Source of the DNA: Gemmatimonadales bacterium
Lineage (GTDB): Bacteria; Gemmatimonadota; Gemmatimonadetes; Gemmatimonadales; GWC2-71-9
Assembly: GCA_041602035.1 (NCBI GenBank)
Contig: JBFIHA010000007.1
Location: 86,720-150,719 of the forward strand
Direction of reading: 5' to 3'
DNA: 64,000 nt
The notes beneath the pieces are model-generated. The model worked only from the letters and a program-made list of their open reading frames with translations. It did no database searches and was not told where the DNA came from. The position numbers and the translations under genes were made by a program. Shown piece after piece: positions 16,935 through 24,954 of this stretch. Numbering within the stretch: position 1 is the stretch's first letter; each line of letters starts with the position of its first letter.

Positions 16935-18707
16935 ATGTGCGGCATCTGTGGGGAGATCCGACTCGACGGATGCGACGCAAGCGTCGAGGCCGTCAAGACC
17001 ATGACCGACACGCTTGCGCCCCGCGGGCCCGACGCGTCCGCCACGTACAGCCAAGGGTCCATGGCATTCGGCCATCGACGGCTCAAGATCATCGACATCT
17101 CGGAGCGGGCGCAGCAGCCGATGGTGGACAGCGAGCTTGGGCTCGTGATCGTCTACAACGGCGCGATCTACAACTACCGCGCACTACGGGGAGAGTTAGA
17201 GGGCAAGGGGTACCGCTTTTTCTCGAACGGCGACACGGAAGTGGTCCTCAAGGCATACCATGCATGGGGTGAACGGTGCGTCGAGCGCTTCAACGGCATG
17301 TTCGCCTTCGCCATTCGCGAGCGAGACAGCGGGCGCTGCTTCGTGGCACGCGACCGACTGGGCATTAAGCCGCTGTACTACACCTCGACGGGCAGCGCAT
17401 TCCGCTTTGCCTCCTCGCTCCCTGCCCTGCTCGCGGGAGGCACCGTCGACACCGAGATCGACCACGTGGCGCTGCATCACTACATGATGTTCCACGCCGT
17501 CGTCCCGGCTCCCCGGACCATTCTGTGCGGTGTGTGCAAGCTGCCACCCGCGACCCGGATGACGATCGAGCCAGACGGCCGACGGGCGCTGACGACCTAC
17601 TGGCGCCTCCACTACACGCGCGACGCGGAAGAGAAAGCCTACGACCTGGAAGATTGGCGGCGCCTGCTGCGCAGCAAGCTGGACGAGTCGGTGCGCCGCC
17701 GGCTGGTCGCCGACGTTCCCGTCGGGGTGTTGCTCTCCGGGGGCGTCGACTCGAGTCTCGTCGTCGCCCTGCTGGCCCAGAACGGCCAGAACGGGCTGAA
17801 CACCTTCTCCATCGGGTTCGAGAACGTGGGCGACGAGACGGGCAACGAGTTCCGCTATTCCGACGTCGTCGCCCAGCAGTTCGAGACCGAGCATCACCGG
17901 ATCGAGGCGGAGACCACTACCGTGCTCGCCGCGCTGGACGGCGCCGTGCGCGCCATGAGCGAGCCCATGGTCAGCCACGACTGCGTCGGGTTCTATCTGC
18001 TGAGCCAGGAGGTAGCCCGGCACGCGAAGGTCGTGCAGAGCGGCCAGGGCGCTGATGAGGTGTTCGCCGGCTACTCCTGGTACCCACCGCTCATGGAGAC
18101 CCGGCGACCGCTGACCGACTATGAAAAGGTGTTCTTCGACCGCAGCCACGACGAGTACGTGCGCGCGGTGCACCCGCGGCTCGTCGGGGAGAACCACAGT
18201 CACCGCTTCGTAGCCCGGCACTTCGCCGGGGTCGAGACCGAGCAAGCCGTCGAGAAGGCCCTGCATCTCGATACCACGGTGATGCTGGTGGACGATCCAG
18301 TGAAGCGGGTGGACAACATGACGATGGCGTGGGGTCTCGAGGCACGCGTCCCCTTCCTTGATCACGAGCTCGTCGAGCTCGCGGCCCGGATTCCAGCGGA
18401 ACACAAGGTCAAGAACGGCGGCAAGCACGTGCTCAAGGACCTGGCCCGCCGGCTGTTGCCCGAGGAAGTCATCGATCGGCCCAAGGGGTACTTCCCCGTG
18501 CCCGCGCTGCGCTATCTCCAGGGATCCTACCTCGACCGGGTACGGGATCTGCTCGACAGTGCTGCTGCCAGGCGACGCGACGTATTCAACCGGGACTACC
18601 TGGACACCCTGCTAGCCAGCCCGGAGGATCACCACACACCGCTACGGGGCTCCAAGCTCTGGCAGGTGGCTCTCCTGGAGTACTGGTTCCAAACCCATGG
18701 CATGTAG
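16935..18707 (+). CDS. asnO: N-acetylglutaminylglutamine amidotransferase (asparagine synthase family)
   Basis: Internal ATG of ORF 16755..18707 gives the MCGICGE Ntn-amidotransferase N-terminus. The SGGVDSS PP-loop is present. It lies 8 nt after the MarR stop and directly upstream of ngg. Confidence 0.85.
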   Translation: MCGICGEIRLDGCDASVEAVKTMTDTLAPRGPDASATYSQGSMAFGHRRLKIIDISERAQQPMVDSELGLVIVYNGAIYNYRALRGELEGKGYRFFSNGDTEVVLKAYHAWGERCVERFNGMFAFAIRERDSGRCFVARDRLGIKPLYYTSTGSAFRFASSLPALLAGGTVDTEIDHVALHHYMMFHAVVPAPRTILCGVCKLPPATRMTIEPDGRRALTTYWRLHYTRDAEEKAYDLEDWRRLLRSKLDESVRRRLVADVPVGVLLSGGVDSSLVVALLAQNGQNGLNTFSIGFENVGDETGNEFRYSDVVAQQFETEHHRIEAETTTVLAALDGAVRAMSEPMVSHDCVGFYLLSQEVARHAKVVQSGQGADEVFAGYSWYPPLMETRRPLTDYEKVFFDRSHDEYVRAVHPRLVGENHSHRFVARHFAGVETEQAVEKALHLDTTVMLVDDPVKRVDNMTMAWGLEARVPFLDHELVELAARIPAEHKVKNGGKHVLKDLARRLLPEEVIDRPKGYFPVPALRYLQGSYLDRVRDLLDSAAARRRDVFNRDYLDTLLASPEDHHTPLRGSKLWQVALLEYWFQTHGM

Positions 18708-18719
18708 CCGGGAGCACGC

Positions 18720-20465
18720 ATGAGTGCTATACGAGAGAAACCGCATCGAATCGAGCGACGAGAGGCACTCACCCTGCGGAGTTGGGGAGACCGCCCCGTG
18801 GGACCCGCCGCGGACACGCTCCCCTCTGATGTCGTCGTGGACTGCGGCTGGGGACGGCTGATCTTCGCCCACACGTTCGACGAACCGCAGACCGTCGCTG
18901 GCGCGTTGCGCTCCGAGGAAGAGGGACGCCGCGACATCGCGCTCTACGTACGCGACCCACACGTCGTGCTCGCCCTCGCGCCGCAGGAGTTGTTCCTCGA
19001 TCCGTCGCACACGTACCGGCTGTGGCTCTCGAGCTACCGCCCGTCGAAGGCGCAGCCGCGGGGCTTCACCGTGCGCAAACTACGGACGAAGGGCGACGCC
19101 GAGGCCGTGAACCGCATCTACGCGTCGCGCGGCATGGTGACCACGCAGCCGCCGTCGTTCCTCTGGAAGCGTCGGCGGTCGAAGGTGCTGACGTACTTCG
19201 TGGCGGAGGATAGCGAAACCGGTGACGTGATCGGCACGGTCACCGGGATCGACCATGTGCACGCGTTCGAGGACCCGGACAACGGCTCGAGCCTGTGGTG
19301 CCTCGCGGTGGATCCGCAGGCGGCCCACCCGGGGATCGGCCAGGCCCTCACCTTGCGCCTAGCCGAGCATTTCGTCGCGCAGGGACGCGCCTTCATGGAC
19401 CTCTCGGTGATGCACGACAACCAGCAGGCCATCGCGCTCTACGAGAAGCTCGGGTTCCAGCGCGCCCCAGTGTTCTGCGTCAAACGCAAGAACCCGATCA
19501 ACGAGCCGCTCTTCGCGCCGGGCCAGAGCGAGGTCGAGCTGAACCCCTACGCACAGATCATCATCGACGAGGCACGGCGGCGCGGCATTCTGGTGGAAGT
19601 GCTCGACGACCAGTTGGCATACTTCCGGGTCACGCTGGGCGGCCGCTCCGTCACCTGTCGCGAGTCTCTCACCGAATTGACCAGCGCCATTGCGTTCTGC
19701 CGCTGCGACGACAAGCGCCTCACCCACCGGGTGCTGCAGGCTGCGGGCCTCAAGGTGCCGACACAGCAGGAAGCAGCGAGCGACGTGGAAAACGCGACTT
19801 TCCTCGCAGAGCATGGTCAGGTCGTCGTGAAGCCCGCACGCGGCGAGCAGGGCGCGGGCGTGAGCGTGGGCATCCGCACACCGGCCGCGCTCGCCGACGC
19901 CATCCAGATGGCGCAGCGCGAATGCCCGGACGTCGTAATCGAGGAGTATGTGGAAGGGCAGGACCTTCGCGTGATCGTGATTGGCGGCGAGGTCGTCGCA
20001 GCGGCACTACGCAAGCCCCCCCAGGTCACGGGCACCGGTCAGCACACCGTCACCAAGCTGATCGAGAAGTACAACCGCCGTCGCATGGCCGCGACGGCCG
20101 GCAAGAGCAAGGTCCCGCACGACGAGGAGACTGAGCGCTGCGTCCGTGCGGCGGGGTACGAGCTGGACAGCGTCCCGCCTGCCGGCGAAACGCTCACGGT
20201 GCGCAAGGCGGCGAATCTCCACACCGGCGGCACCATCCACGATGTCACGCAGCAGGTGCATCCCGTGCTCATCGAGGCCTCAGTGGCCGCAGCCCAGGCG
20301 CTGGAGATCCCGGTCGTCGGGCTCGACCTGGCCGTGCCAGACGTGGAGGGCCCGGAGTACGCGATCATCGAGGCGAATGAGCGCCCGGGGCTCGCCAACC
20401 ACGAGCCGCAGCCGACGGCCGAGCGGTTCATCGACCTCCTGTTCCCGCAGACGGCCGTTCGGTAG
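18720..20465 (+). CDS. ngg: N-acetylglutaminylglutamine synthetase (GNAT + ATP-grasp)
   Basis: 581-aa ORF. N-terminal GNAT (GIGQALTLRLAEHF...AIALYEKLGFQR). C-terminal ATP-grasp/cyanophycin-synthetase-like domain (VVVKPARGEQGAGVSVGI, EANERPGLANH). Confidence 0.85.
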   Translation: MSAIREKPHRIERREALTLRSWGDRPVGPAADTLPSDVVVDCGWGRLIFAHTFDEPQTVAGALRSEEEGRRDIALYVRDPHVVLALAPQELFLDPSHTYRLWLSSYRPSKAQPRGFTVRKLRTKGDAEAVNRIYASRGMVTTQPPSFLWKRRRSKVLTYFVAEDSETGDVIGTVTGIDHVHAFEDPDNGSSLWCLAVDPQAAHPGIGQALTLRLAEHFVAQGRAFMDLSVMHDNQQAIALYEKLGFQRAPVFCVKRKNPINEPLFAPGQSEVELNPYAQIIIDEARRRGILVEVLDDQLAYFRVTLGGRSVTCRESLTELTSAIAFCRCDDKRLTHRVLQAAGLKVPTQQEAASDVENATFLAEHGQVVVKPARGEQGAGVSVGIRTPAALADAIQMAQRECPDVVIEEYVEGQDLRVIVIGGEVVAAALRKPPQVTGTGQHTVTKLIEKYNRRRMAATAGKSKVPHDEETERCVRAAGYELDSVPPAGETLTVRKAANLHTGGTIHDVTQQVHPVLIEASVAAAQALEIPVVGLDLAVPDVEGPEYAIIEANERPGLANHEPQPTAERFIDLLFPQTAVR

Positions 20466-20500
20466 GAGGGCCCGTGGCCACCGTCCCAGCACCCGGCGAC

Positions 20501-21646
20501 ATGCGGCTGCAGCGTCCTGAGGTTGATCTCGACTACATCCTTGAGACGCTCCATACGCTGCTCGACATCCCCAGCCCCTCGGGGTACACGGACCAAATCG
20601 TCCACTGGGTCGGCGAGGAGCTCCAGCGACTGGGCGTACCGTTCGAGCTCACGCGACGCGGCGCGATCCGGGCCGATCTCTCCGGGCGGTTACGCAGCCC
20701 GGACCGCGCCGTGGTCGTCCACCTGGACACCCTCGGCGCCATGGTCCAGCGGATCAAGCCCAACGGCCGCCTGGCGCTCGCGCCCATCGGCAACTGGTCC
20801 GCTCGATTCGCGGCGGGCGGGCGGGCGACGCTGATGACCGACACGGGGTGCCGCCGCGGCACGGTGCTGCCGCTCAAGGCGTCGGGACACACGTTCGGCG
20901 ACGAGGTGGACCGACAGCCCGGCACGTGGGATCGGGTGGAGCTGCGCTTGGACGATCCGGTGGACAGCGCCGCGGACCTGGAACCCCTGGGCGTCAATGT
21001 GGGCGACTACGTCGTGTTCGACCCCGGCACCGAGTTCATGGCGGACACGGGATTCATCAATGCCCGCCACCTGGATGACAAGGCAGGAGTCGCCGTGCTG
21101 CTGGGTGCCACGAAGGCGTTGCGCGAAACCGGCGCCAAGCTGCCGCTGGACTGCCACCTCATCTTCACGATCAGTGAGGAGGTGGGGTCGGGGAGCTCCC
21201 ACACCCTGCACGGCGACGTCGCCGAGATGGTGACGATCGACAGCGCACCCCAGGCACACTGGAAGAACTCTCGAGAGGACGCCGTCACCATCGCTATGAT
21301 GGACTCGGCGGGTCCCTTCGACTGGCATCTCACCCACAAGCTCATCGACCTGTGCCGCGACCACGACATCCCCCATCGGCGGGACGTGTTCCAGTACTAC
21401 CGCTGCGATAGCGCCTCGGCGGTCGATGCCGGCAACGATCTCCGCACCGCATTGGCCTGCTTCGGGGTCGATGCCTCCCACGGCTGGGAGCGGACCAACA
21501 TCCGGAGTCTCCAGGCTCTCGCCGAGTTGACTGTGCTCTACATACTGAGCGAGCCGACCTTCATACGAGATCGGGACGAGCTGGCCACACTCGAGGGCTT
21601 CTCCCAGCAGCCGACGGGGCCCGCGGAGCTTCCTGGCGGGCCGTGA
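20501..21646 (+). CDS. M42 family peptidase of the NAGGN osmoprotectant system
   Basis: ORF 20474..21646. The ATG at 20501 gives MRLQRPEVDLDYILETLHTLLDIPSPSGYT, a typical M42 N-terminus. It is the third member of the conserved asnO-ngg-peptidase trio. Confidence 0.8.
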   Translation: MRLQRPEVDLDYILETLHTLLDIPSPSGYTDQIVHWVGEELQRLGVPFELTRRGAIRADLSGRLRSPDRAVVVHLDTLGAMVQRIKPNGRLALAPIGNWSARFAAGGRATLMTDTGCRRGTVLPLKASGHTFGDEVDRQPGTWDRVELRLDDPVDSAADLEPLGVNVGDYVVFDPGTEFMADTGFINARHLDDKAGVAVLLGATKALRETGAKLPLDCHLIFTISEEVGSGSSHTLHGDVAEMVTIDSAPQAHWKNSREDAVTIAMMDSAGPFDWHLTHKLIDLCRDHDIPHRRDVFQYYRCDSASAVDAGNDLRTALACFGVDASHGWERTNIRSLQALAELTVLYILSEPTFIRDRDELATLEGFSQQPTGPAELPGGP

Positions 21647-21921
21647 GGCAGCGCTGCACCGTGGCGAGTTACGACACATTCCTGTTGCGGATCGACCCTG
21701 TCGTGCTCGAGGCTGTGAGACGCTGGGCCGGCCAAGATCTCAGGAGTGTCAATCGCCAGATTGAGTTCCTCTTGCGTGAGGCTCTGCTGCAGACCGGACG
21801 CCTGGACCCGCATCATCGGCACGTCGCGAGGCGGGCGAACGATCAGCCGAATGGCCGCGTAGGCTACACGGCCGATGACCGGGACGAGGATGATGGCAGG
21901 ATGGAGGGAGCTGAGCGATGA
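21643..21921 (+). CDS. Arc/ribbon-helix-helix DNA-binding protein (HicB/CopG-like)
   Basis: FLLRIDPVVLEAVRRWAGQDLRSVNRQIEFLLREALLQTGRL matches the common Arc-like RHH pattern. The start is uncertain: GTG at 21643 overlaps the peptidase stop, and another GTG is at 21661. Confidence 0.55.
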   Translation: MRQRCTVASYDTFLLRIDPVVLEAVRRWAGQDLRSVNRQIEFLLREALLQTGRLDPHHRHVARRANDQPNGRVGYTADDRDEDDGRMEGAER

Positions 21922-22212
21922 GACGCCACGTCGATGCCTATGGCGCCACAGACGCCGGCAACACACGCACGCGGAACGAGCATCAGTTCTTGGTCGCTGA
22001 TCGCTCCCGAAGTGCGGCAGGTCGCCCCGGGTGCCGGCGATACGATTCCCCTGTGCACCGATGGGCTCACGTGCGAGGTACCCGAGAGTCAGATCGTTGA
22101 CATCCTCGTGCGCCGGGGCTCGGCTCAGGCGAAGTGCGCTGCGCTAATCGATGCCGCCAACCGAGCCGGCCGCTCCGACAACGTCACGGTGGTTGTGGTA
22201 CGACTGACTTGA
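21918..22212 (+). pseudogene. PP2C-type Ser/Thr phosphatase remnant (internal deletion plus frameshift)
   Basis: Frame 21918 encodes a PP2C N-terminus (GATDAGNTRTRNEHQFLVAD). Frame 21934 encodes the C-terminus (LCTDGLTCEVPESQIVDIL...AANRAGRSDNVTVVVVRL). The central catalytic part (roughly 150 aa) is missing. Confidence 0.65.
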
Positions 22213-22285
22213 CGGCTCCGCACCTATGCCTCCTCGACTCTCGAGGTGTGAAGCCCTCAGCGAACGTGAACGCGAACCGATTGCG

Positions 22286-22717
22286 TCAGGCGCCGCCCCG
22301 GATGACCCCCTGGATCTCCCGCAGGATGGCTGTCTCGCGGGGCCTCTTGGTCACCATCTGCCGGAGCCGCTTCTCGGTGAAGTGGGCCCGAACCCGGGCG
22401 TCGGCTGAGTGCTCCCGGAGGGCGGCCAGGACGCCCTCGGGTAGCTCGAGGACCTGCAGCACTCTGGCAATCCGCGAGTGGTCCTCCCCGGTAGCCCTGG
22501 CGAGGGCTCGAATGCTGCGGTAGTCGTTGTCCGCCATCAACCGGCGGTAGCGCTCGGCGCGCTCCCAGGCTGGCTCTTCGGCCATCCGGTTCTGGTAGGC
22601 CCGCCACGCGCGGCCGTGCATGGGCCGATCGCCCTTGACCCCTTGAGGGGCCTCGCCGCTGATCAGGGCCCGGCGGCGGTTGCGGTAGACCGCGAAGTAG
22701 TTGTCGATTAGGATCAT
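22286..22717 (-). CDS. hypothetical protein with ParB-like HTH segment
   Basis: ORF 22286..22747. SIRALARATGEDHSRIARVLQVLELPEGVLAAL resembles the ParB/Spo0J HTH. No ParB N-terminal nuclease-like domain is visible. Confidence 0.5.
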   Translation of the reverse strand: MILIDNYFAVYRNRRRALISGEAPQGVKGDRPMHGRAWRAYQNRMAEEPAWERAERYRRLMADNDYRSIRALARATGEDHSRIARVLQVLELPEGVLAALREHSADARVRAHFTEKRLRQMVTKRPRETAILREIQGVIRGGA

Positions 22718-22808
22718 AGCCGGGGGACGGTCCGGGGCCTCCTCCATTTCGGGGTTCCACGCCAGGACGGTGTGGTGGTGGAGGTCGAGTCTGGCAAGGG
22801 ACCCTGAA

Positions 22809-22862
22809 GGCGGTAGGGCGGTAGGACGGTATGGGGGCAGGCTACCGCCCTACCGTCCGACC
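22809..22862. repeat. GACGGTAGG-type imperfect palindrome (member H0)
   Basis: GGCGGTAGGGCGGTAGGACGGTA (22809-22831) faces TACCGCCCTACCGTCCGACC (22843-22862), just upstream of tRNA-Trp. Confidence 0.6.
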
Positions 22863-22878
22863 GACGTCCCGCCATTAG

Positions 22879-22951
22879 AGGTCCGTAGCTCAATTGGCAG
22901 AGCACCGGTCTCCAAAACCGGGGGTTGCAGGTTCGAGTCCTGCCGGGCCTG
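22879..22951 (+). tRNA. tRNA-Trp: tRNA-Trp (anticodon CCA)
   Basis: AGGTCCGTAGCTCAATTGGCAGAGCACCGGTCTCCAAAACCGGGGGTTGCAGGTTCGAGTCCTGCCGGGCCTG. The acceptor AGGTCCG pairs with CGGGCCT. The anticodon loop is CTCCAAA. The T-arm is GCAGG-TTCGAGT-CCTGC. Confidence 0.92.
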
Positions 22952-22958
22952 TTGCGAC

Positions 22959-22987
22959 AAGGCCGCGCCATCGGCGCGGCCTTTGTC
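22959..22987 (+). terminator. stem-loop terminator after tRNA-Trp
   Basis: GGCCGCGCC (22961-22969) pairs with GGCGCGGCC (22973-22981) across a 3-nt loop, followed by TTTGT. Confidence 0.6.
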
Positions 22988-22997
22988 GTACAGACCC

Positions 22998-23078
22998 GCA
23001 GACTCGCTCTAACCGTCGGCGCGTCCGCTGCCGCGCACTCGCCGCCGCTTGACGAGTCGGGTCCTTGCCGCGGCCCTT
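22998..23078 (+). repeat. ~80-bp direct repeat R2, copy A
   Basis: GCAGACTCGCTCTAACCGTCGGCGCGTCCGCTGCCGCGCACTCGCCGCCGCTTGACGAGTCGGGTCCTTGCCGCGGCCCT. About 90% identical by eye to 33807-33886. It ends in a degenerate copy of the tRNA-Trp 3' 17-mer. Confidence 0.7.
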
Positions 23079-23454
23079 GTCGTTGCGGCCCGGCAGTCTC
23101 GTTGACCTCGTCGCTCGCTCGTGCTCGCGACGTCGGTTCGAGTCCTCGAAGGACTTCTTTCGCCCAGGCTATGTCCGCGGCTCGTCGCGTACAGGCACCG
23201 ACAGTCTCCGCTCTTACCGGGGCTCCGTCTGCTTTCGCGCACGGTGACACCGGTTCGCGACCTGCATTCGAACTCAATCGTCGGTACCCAACGTTTCGTT
23301 GCTTGTGCTGCGCCGCTGCGTAACGGCTACATGCAACAGCAGAAGCGCGGTCACGGATTGTCCAGCCACTCCCCGATGCACCCCACGGACTCATGTGCCG
23401 GGGTGAGGAAGTCGACTCGCAGAAAACGACCGGGCCGCGGCTGACCCCGGGTCC

Positions 23455-24015
23455 CTAACCGGAGGCGGCAGGGGAAATGATGATCCCACGCAACTCCACG
23501 GTAGGATTCGCTGGGTTGCAGACGCTTTGTCCAACTGGGGTCGCTCCGGCTGTGAACTTGATCGTCATCCCATGAAGCTCGCCTGTTCCATGTCCGACGC
23601 CCCGGCCGAGCCCAGGAACGCCACCGATGACTTCCACTGTTTGCCTGATTTCCCAGGTGCCGTCGACCGCGTCGGGCCTGACAGTGACCGCAAGGTGAGC
23701 GTGCCCGTTTCCAGTTCTGTTGATGTTGACATCCACGACATTTTCCTCGGAACCATCAACAAGCGGGTTGCCGGTGACCCATTCGTTGCGGTTTCTGGCG
23801 CCTTGGACATGCAGTGTACCGCCGGGGGTGATCTTGACGCCATCTGGCGCGAAGCTCTCGCAGAAGTTGATGAAACCCTCGAACTCCGTGCGCGTGGCGG
23901 CCGCGGCCGACAGCAGCGGCGAGACGTCCGTCACAGCCGTCGGGCTTGTTGCCTGGTCCGCGCACGCGCCGAAGGCAGCGAGGAACGTCACGGCCGCGAG
24001 AATCTGGTAACGCAT
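23455..24015 (-). CDS. hypothetical secreted lipoprotein, paralog A
   Basis: Internal ATG (24015) of ORF 23455..24177 gives MRYQILAAVTFLAAFGAC. It shares motifs such as KITPGGTLH, RPDAV.GTWEIR and GVGHGTGELHGMTIK with the neighbouring gene. Confidence 0.7.
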   Translation of the reverse strand: MRYQILAAVTFLAAFGACADQATSPTAVTDVSPLLSAAAATRTEFEGFINFCESFAPDGVKITPGGTLHVQGARNRNEWVTGNPLVDGSEENVVDVNINRTGNGHAHLAVTVRPDAVDGTWEIRQTVEVIGGVPGLGRGVGHGTGELHGMTIKFTAGATPVGQSVCNPANPTVELRGIIISPAASG

Positions 24016-24062
24016 CTTTACCTCCGTGTTAGGATGTTCAGGTTTGTCACTGCGTGGGGGAC

Positions 24063-24074
24063 CATTTCGAAATG
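24063..24074. promoter_or_regulatory. perfect 12-bp palindrome CATTTCGAAATG in the leader of paralog A
   Basis: Lies about 48 nt upstream of the ATG at 24015. A near-identical site sits at the equivalent position upstream of paralog B. Confidence 0.35.
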
Positions 24075-24154
24075 CGACGAGTGGGAGTGCATGCAGGCTC
24101 TGCTTCCCCGCAACGACGCGCTCGAAACCATCGGGCGGTGGCTGACGCTGAGCC

Positions 24155-24712
24155 CTAGCCGGAGGCGGCAGGAGCAATGATCGTCACATGCACTCTCGAA
24201 CTGGGATTGCTTGGGTTGCACACGTTTTGTCCCTGCGTGTGAAAACCTTCTCCCCTGACCTTGATGGTCATGCCGTGAAGCTCGCCTGTTCCATGTCCGA
24301 CGCCCCAACCACCCATACCGATTCGCACTTGGTTCCTGATTTCCCAAGTGCCTTCGACTGCGTCGGGCCTGAGGGTGCGTACACCATGAGCGCGGCCGTC
24401 TCCAGTGTTGAGGTTGATGTTGGCGTCCCCGACAATTTCCTCGAAACCGTCCAGCAGCGGGTGGCCGAAAACCCACTGGTTCCAGTTTCCGGCTCCTCTG
24501 ATGTGTAGCGTTCCACCGGGGGTGATTTTGATGCCGTCTGGCGGCGTGCTCCCGCAAGCGTGCACTAAACCATCGACCTCCGTGCGTTGGGCGGCCTCTA
24601 CCGATAACAGCGGCATTATCTCCGTCACAGCTGTCGGGCTTGTCGACTGGTCCGTGCACGCCCCGACGGCACCCAGGAACGCCACGGCCGGGATGAGAAT
24701 CTGGTAACGCAT
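24155..24712 (-). CDS. hypothetical secreted lipoprotein, paralog B
   Basis: Internal ATG (24712) of ORF 24155..24787 gives MRYQILIPAVAFLGAVGAC. Roughly 55-60% identical to paralog A by eye, with the same C-terminus (PAASG). Confidence 0.7.
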   Translation of the reverse strand: MRYQILIPAVAFLGAVGACTDQSTSPTAVTEIMPLLSVEAAQRTEVDGLVHACGSTPPDGIKITPGGTLHIRGAGNWNQWVFGHPLLDGFEEIVGDANINLNTGDGRAHGVRTLRPDAVEGTWEIRNQVRIGMGGWGVGHGTGELHGMTIKVRGEGFHTQGQNVCNPSNPSSRVHVTIIAPAASG

Positions 24713-24758
24713 TTTGACCTCCGTGTCAGGGATGTTCAGGTTGGTCGCTGGTAGGGAC

Positions 24759-24770
24759 CATTCCGAAATG
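24759..24770. promoter_or_regulatory. near-palindrome CATTCCGAAATG in the leader of paralog B
   Basis: Lies about 47 nt upstream of the ATG at 24712. It sits inside a ~65-nt leader conserved with paralog A (GGACCATT.CGAAATGCGACG, GATGTTCAGGTT). Confidence 0.35.
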
Positions 24771-24954
24771 CGACGCGCGCGGGTCACCGGCTAACCACTC
24801 CGACATCGGAAGTAGCACACGATCCTCCGAATGGCTGCGCTACAACTAGCCGGCCGGCTGCGGTGGTTCATTGACGCGGAGTGGTGCCGGGATATTCTTG
24901 CGTGGGGCGATCAATTCGTCGTTCTGCGCAGTCAGCCGAGAGTCAACTCCGCCG

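Noticed and set aside
23135-23145. GGTTCGAGTCC T-loop-like motif, suggesting another tRNA or pseudo-tRNA.
   Set aside because: The flanking bases cannot form a T-stem (GTCGG versus CCTCG), and no acceptor, D or anticodon arms are present. It is treated as a decayed fragment of the tRNA-Trp-derived repeat.
22714-23394. 226-aa minus-strand ORF and other ORFs covering tRNA-Trp and its downstream spacer.
   Set aside because: It overlaps the tRNA gene, terminator hairpin and R2 repeat. Its composition is low-complexity and no family resemblance is seen.
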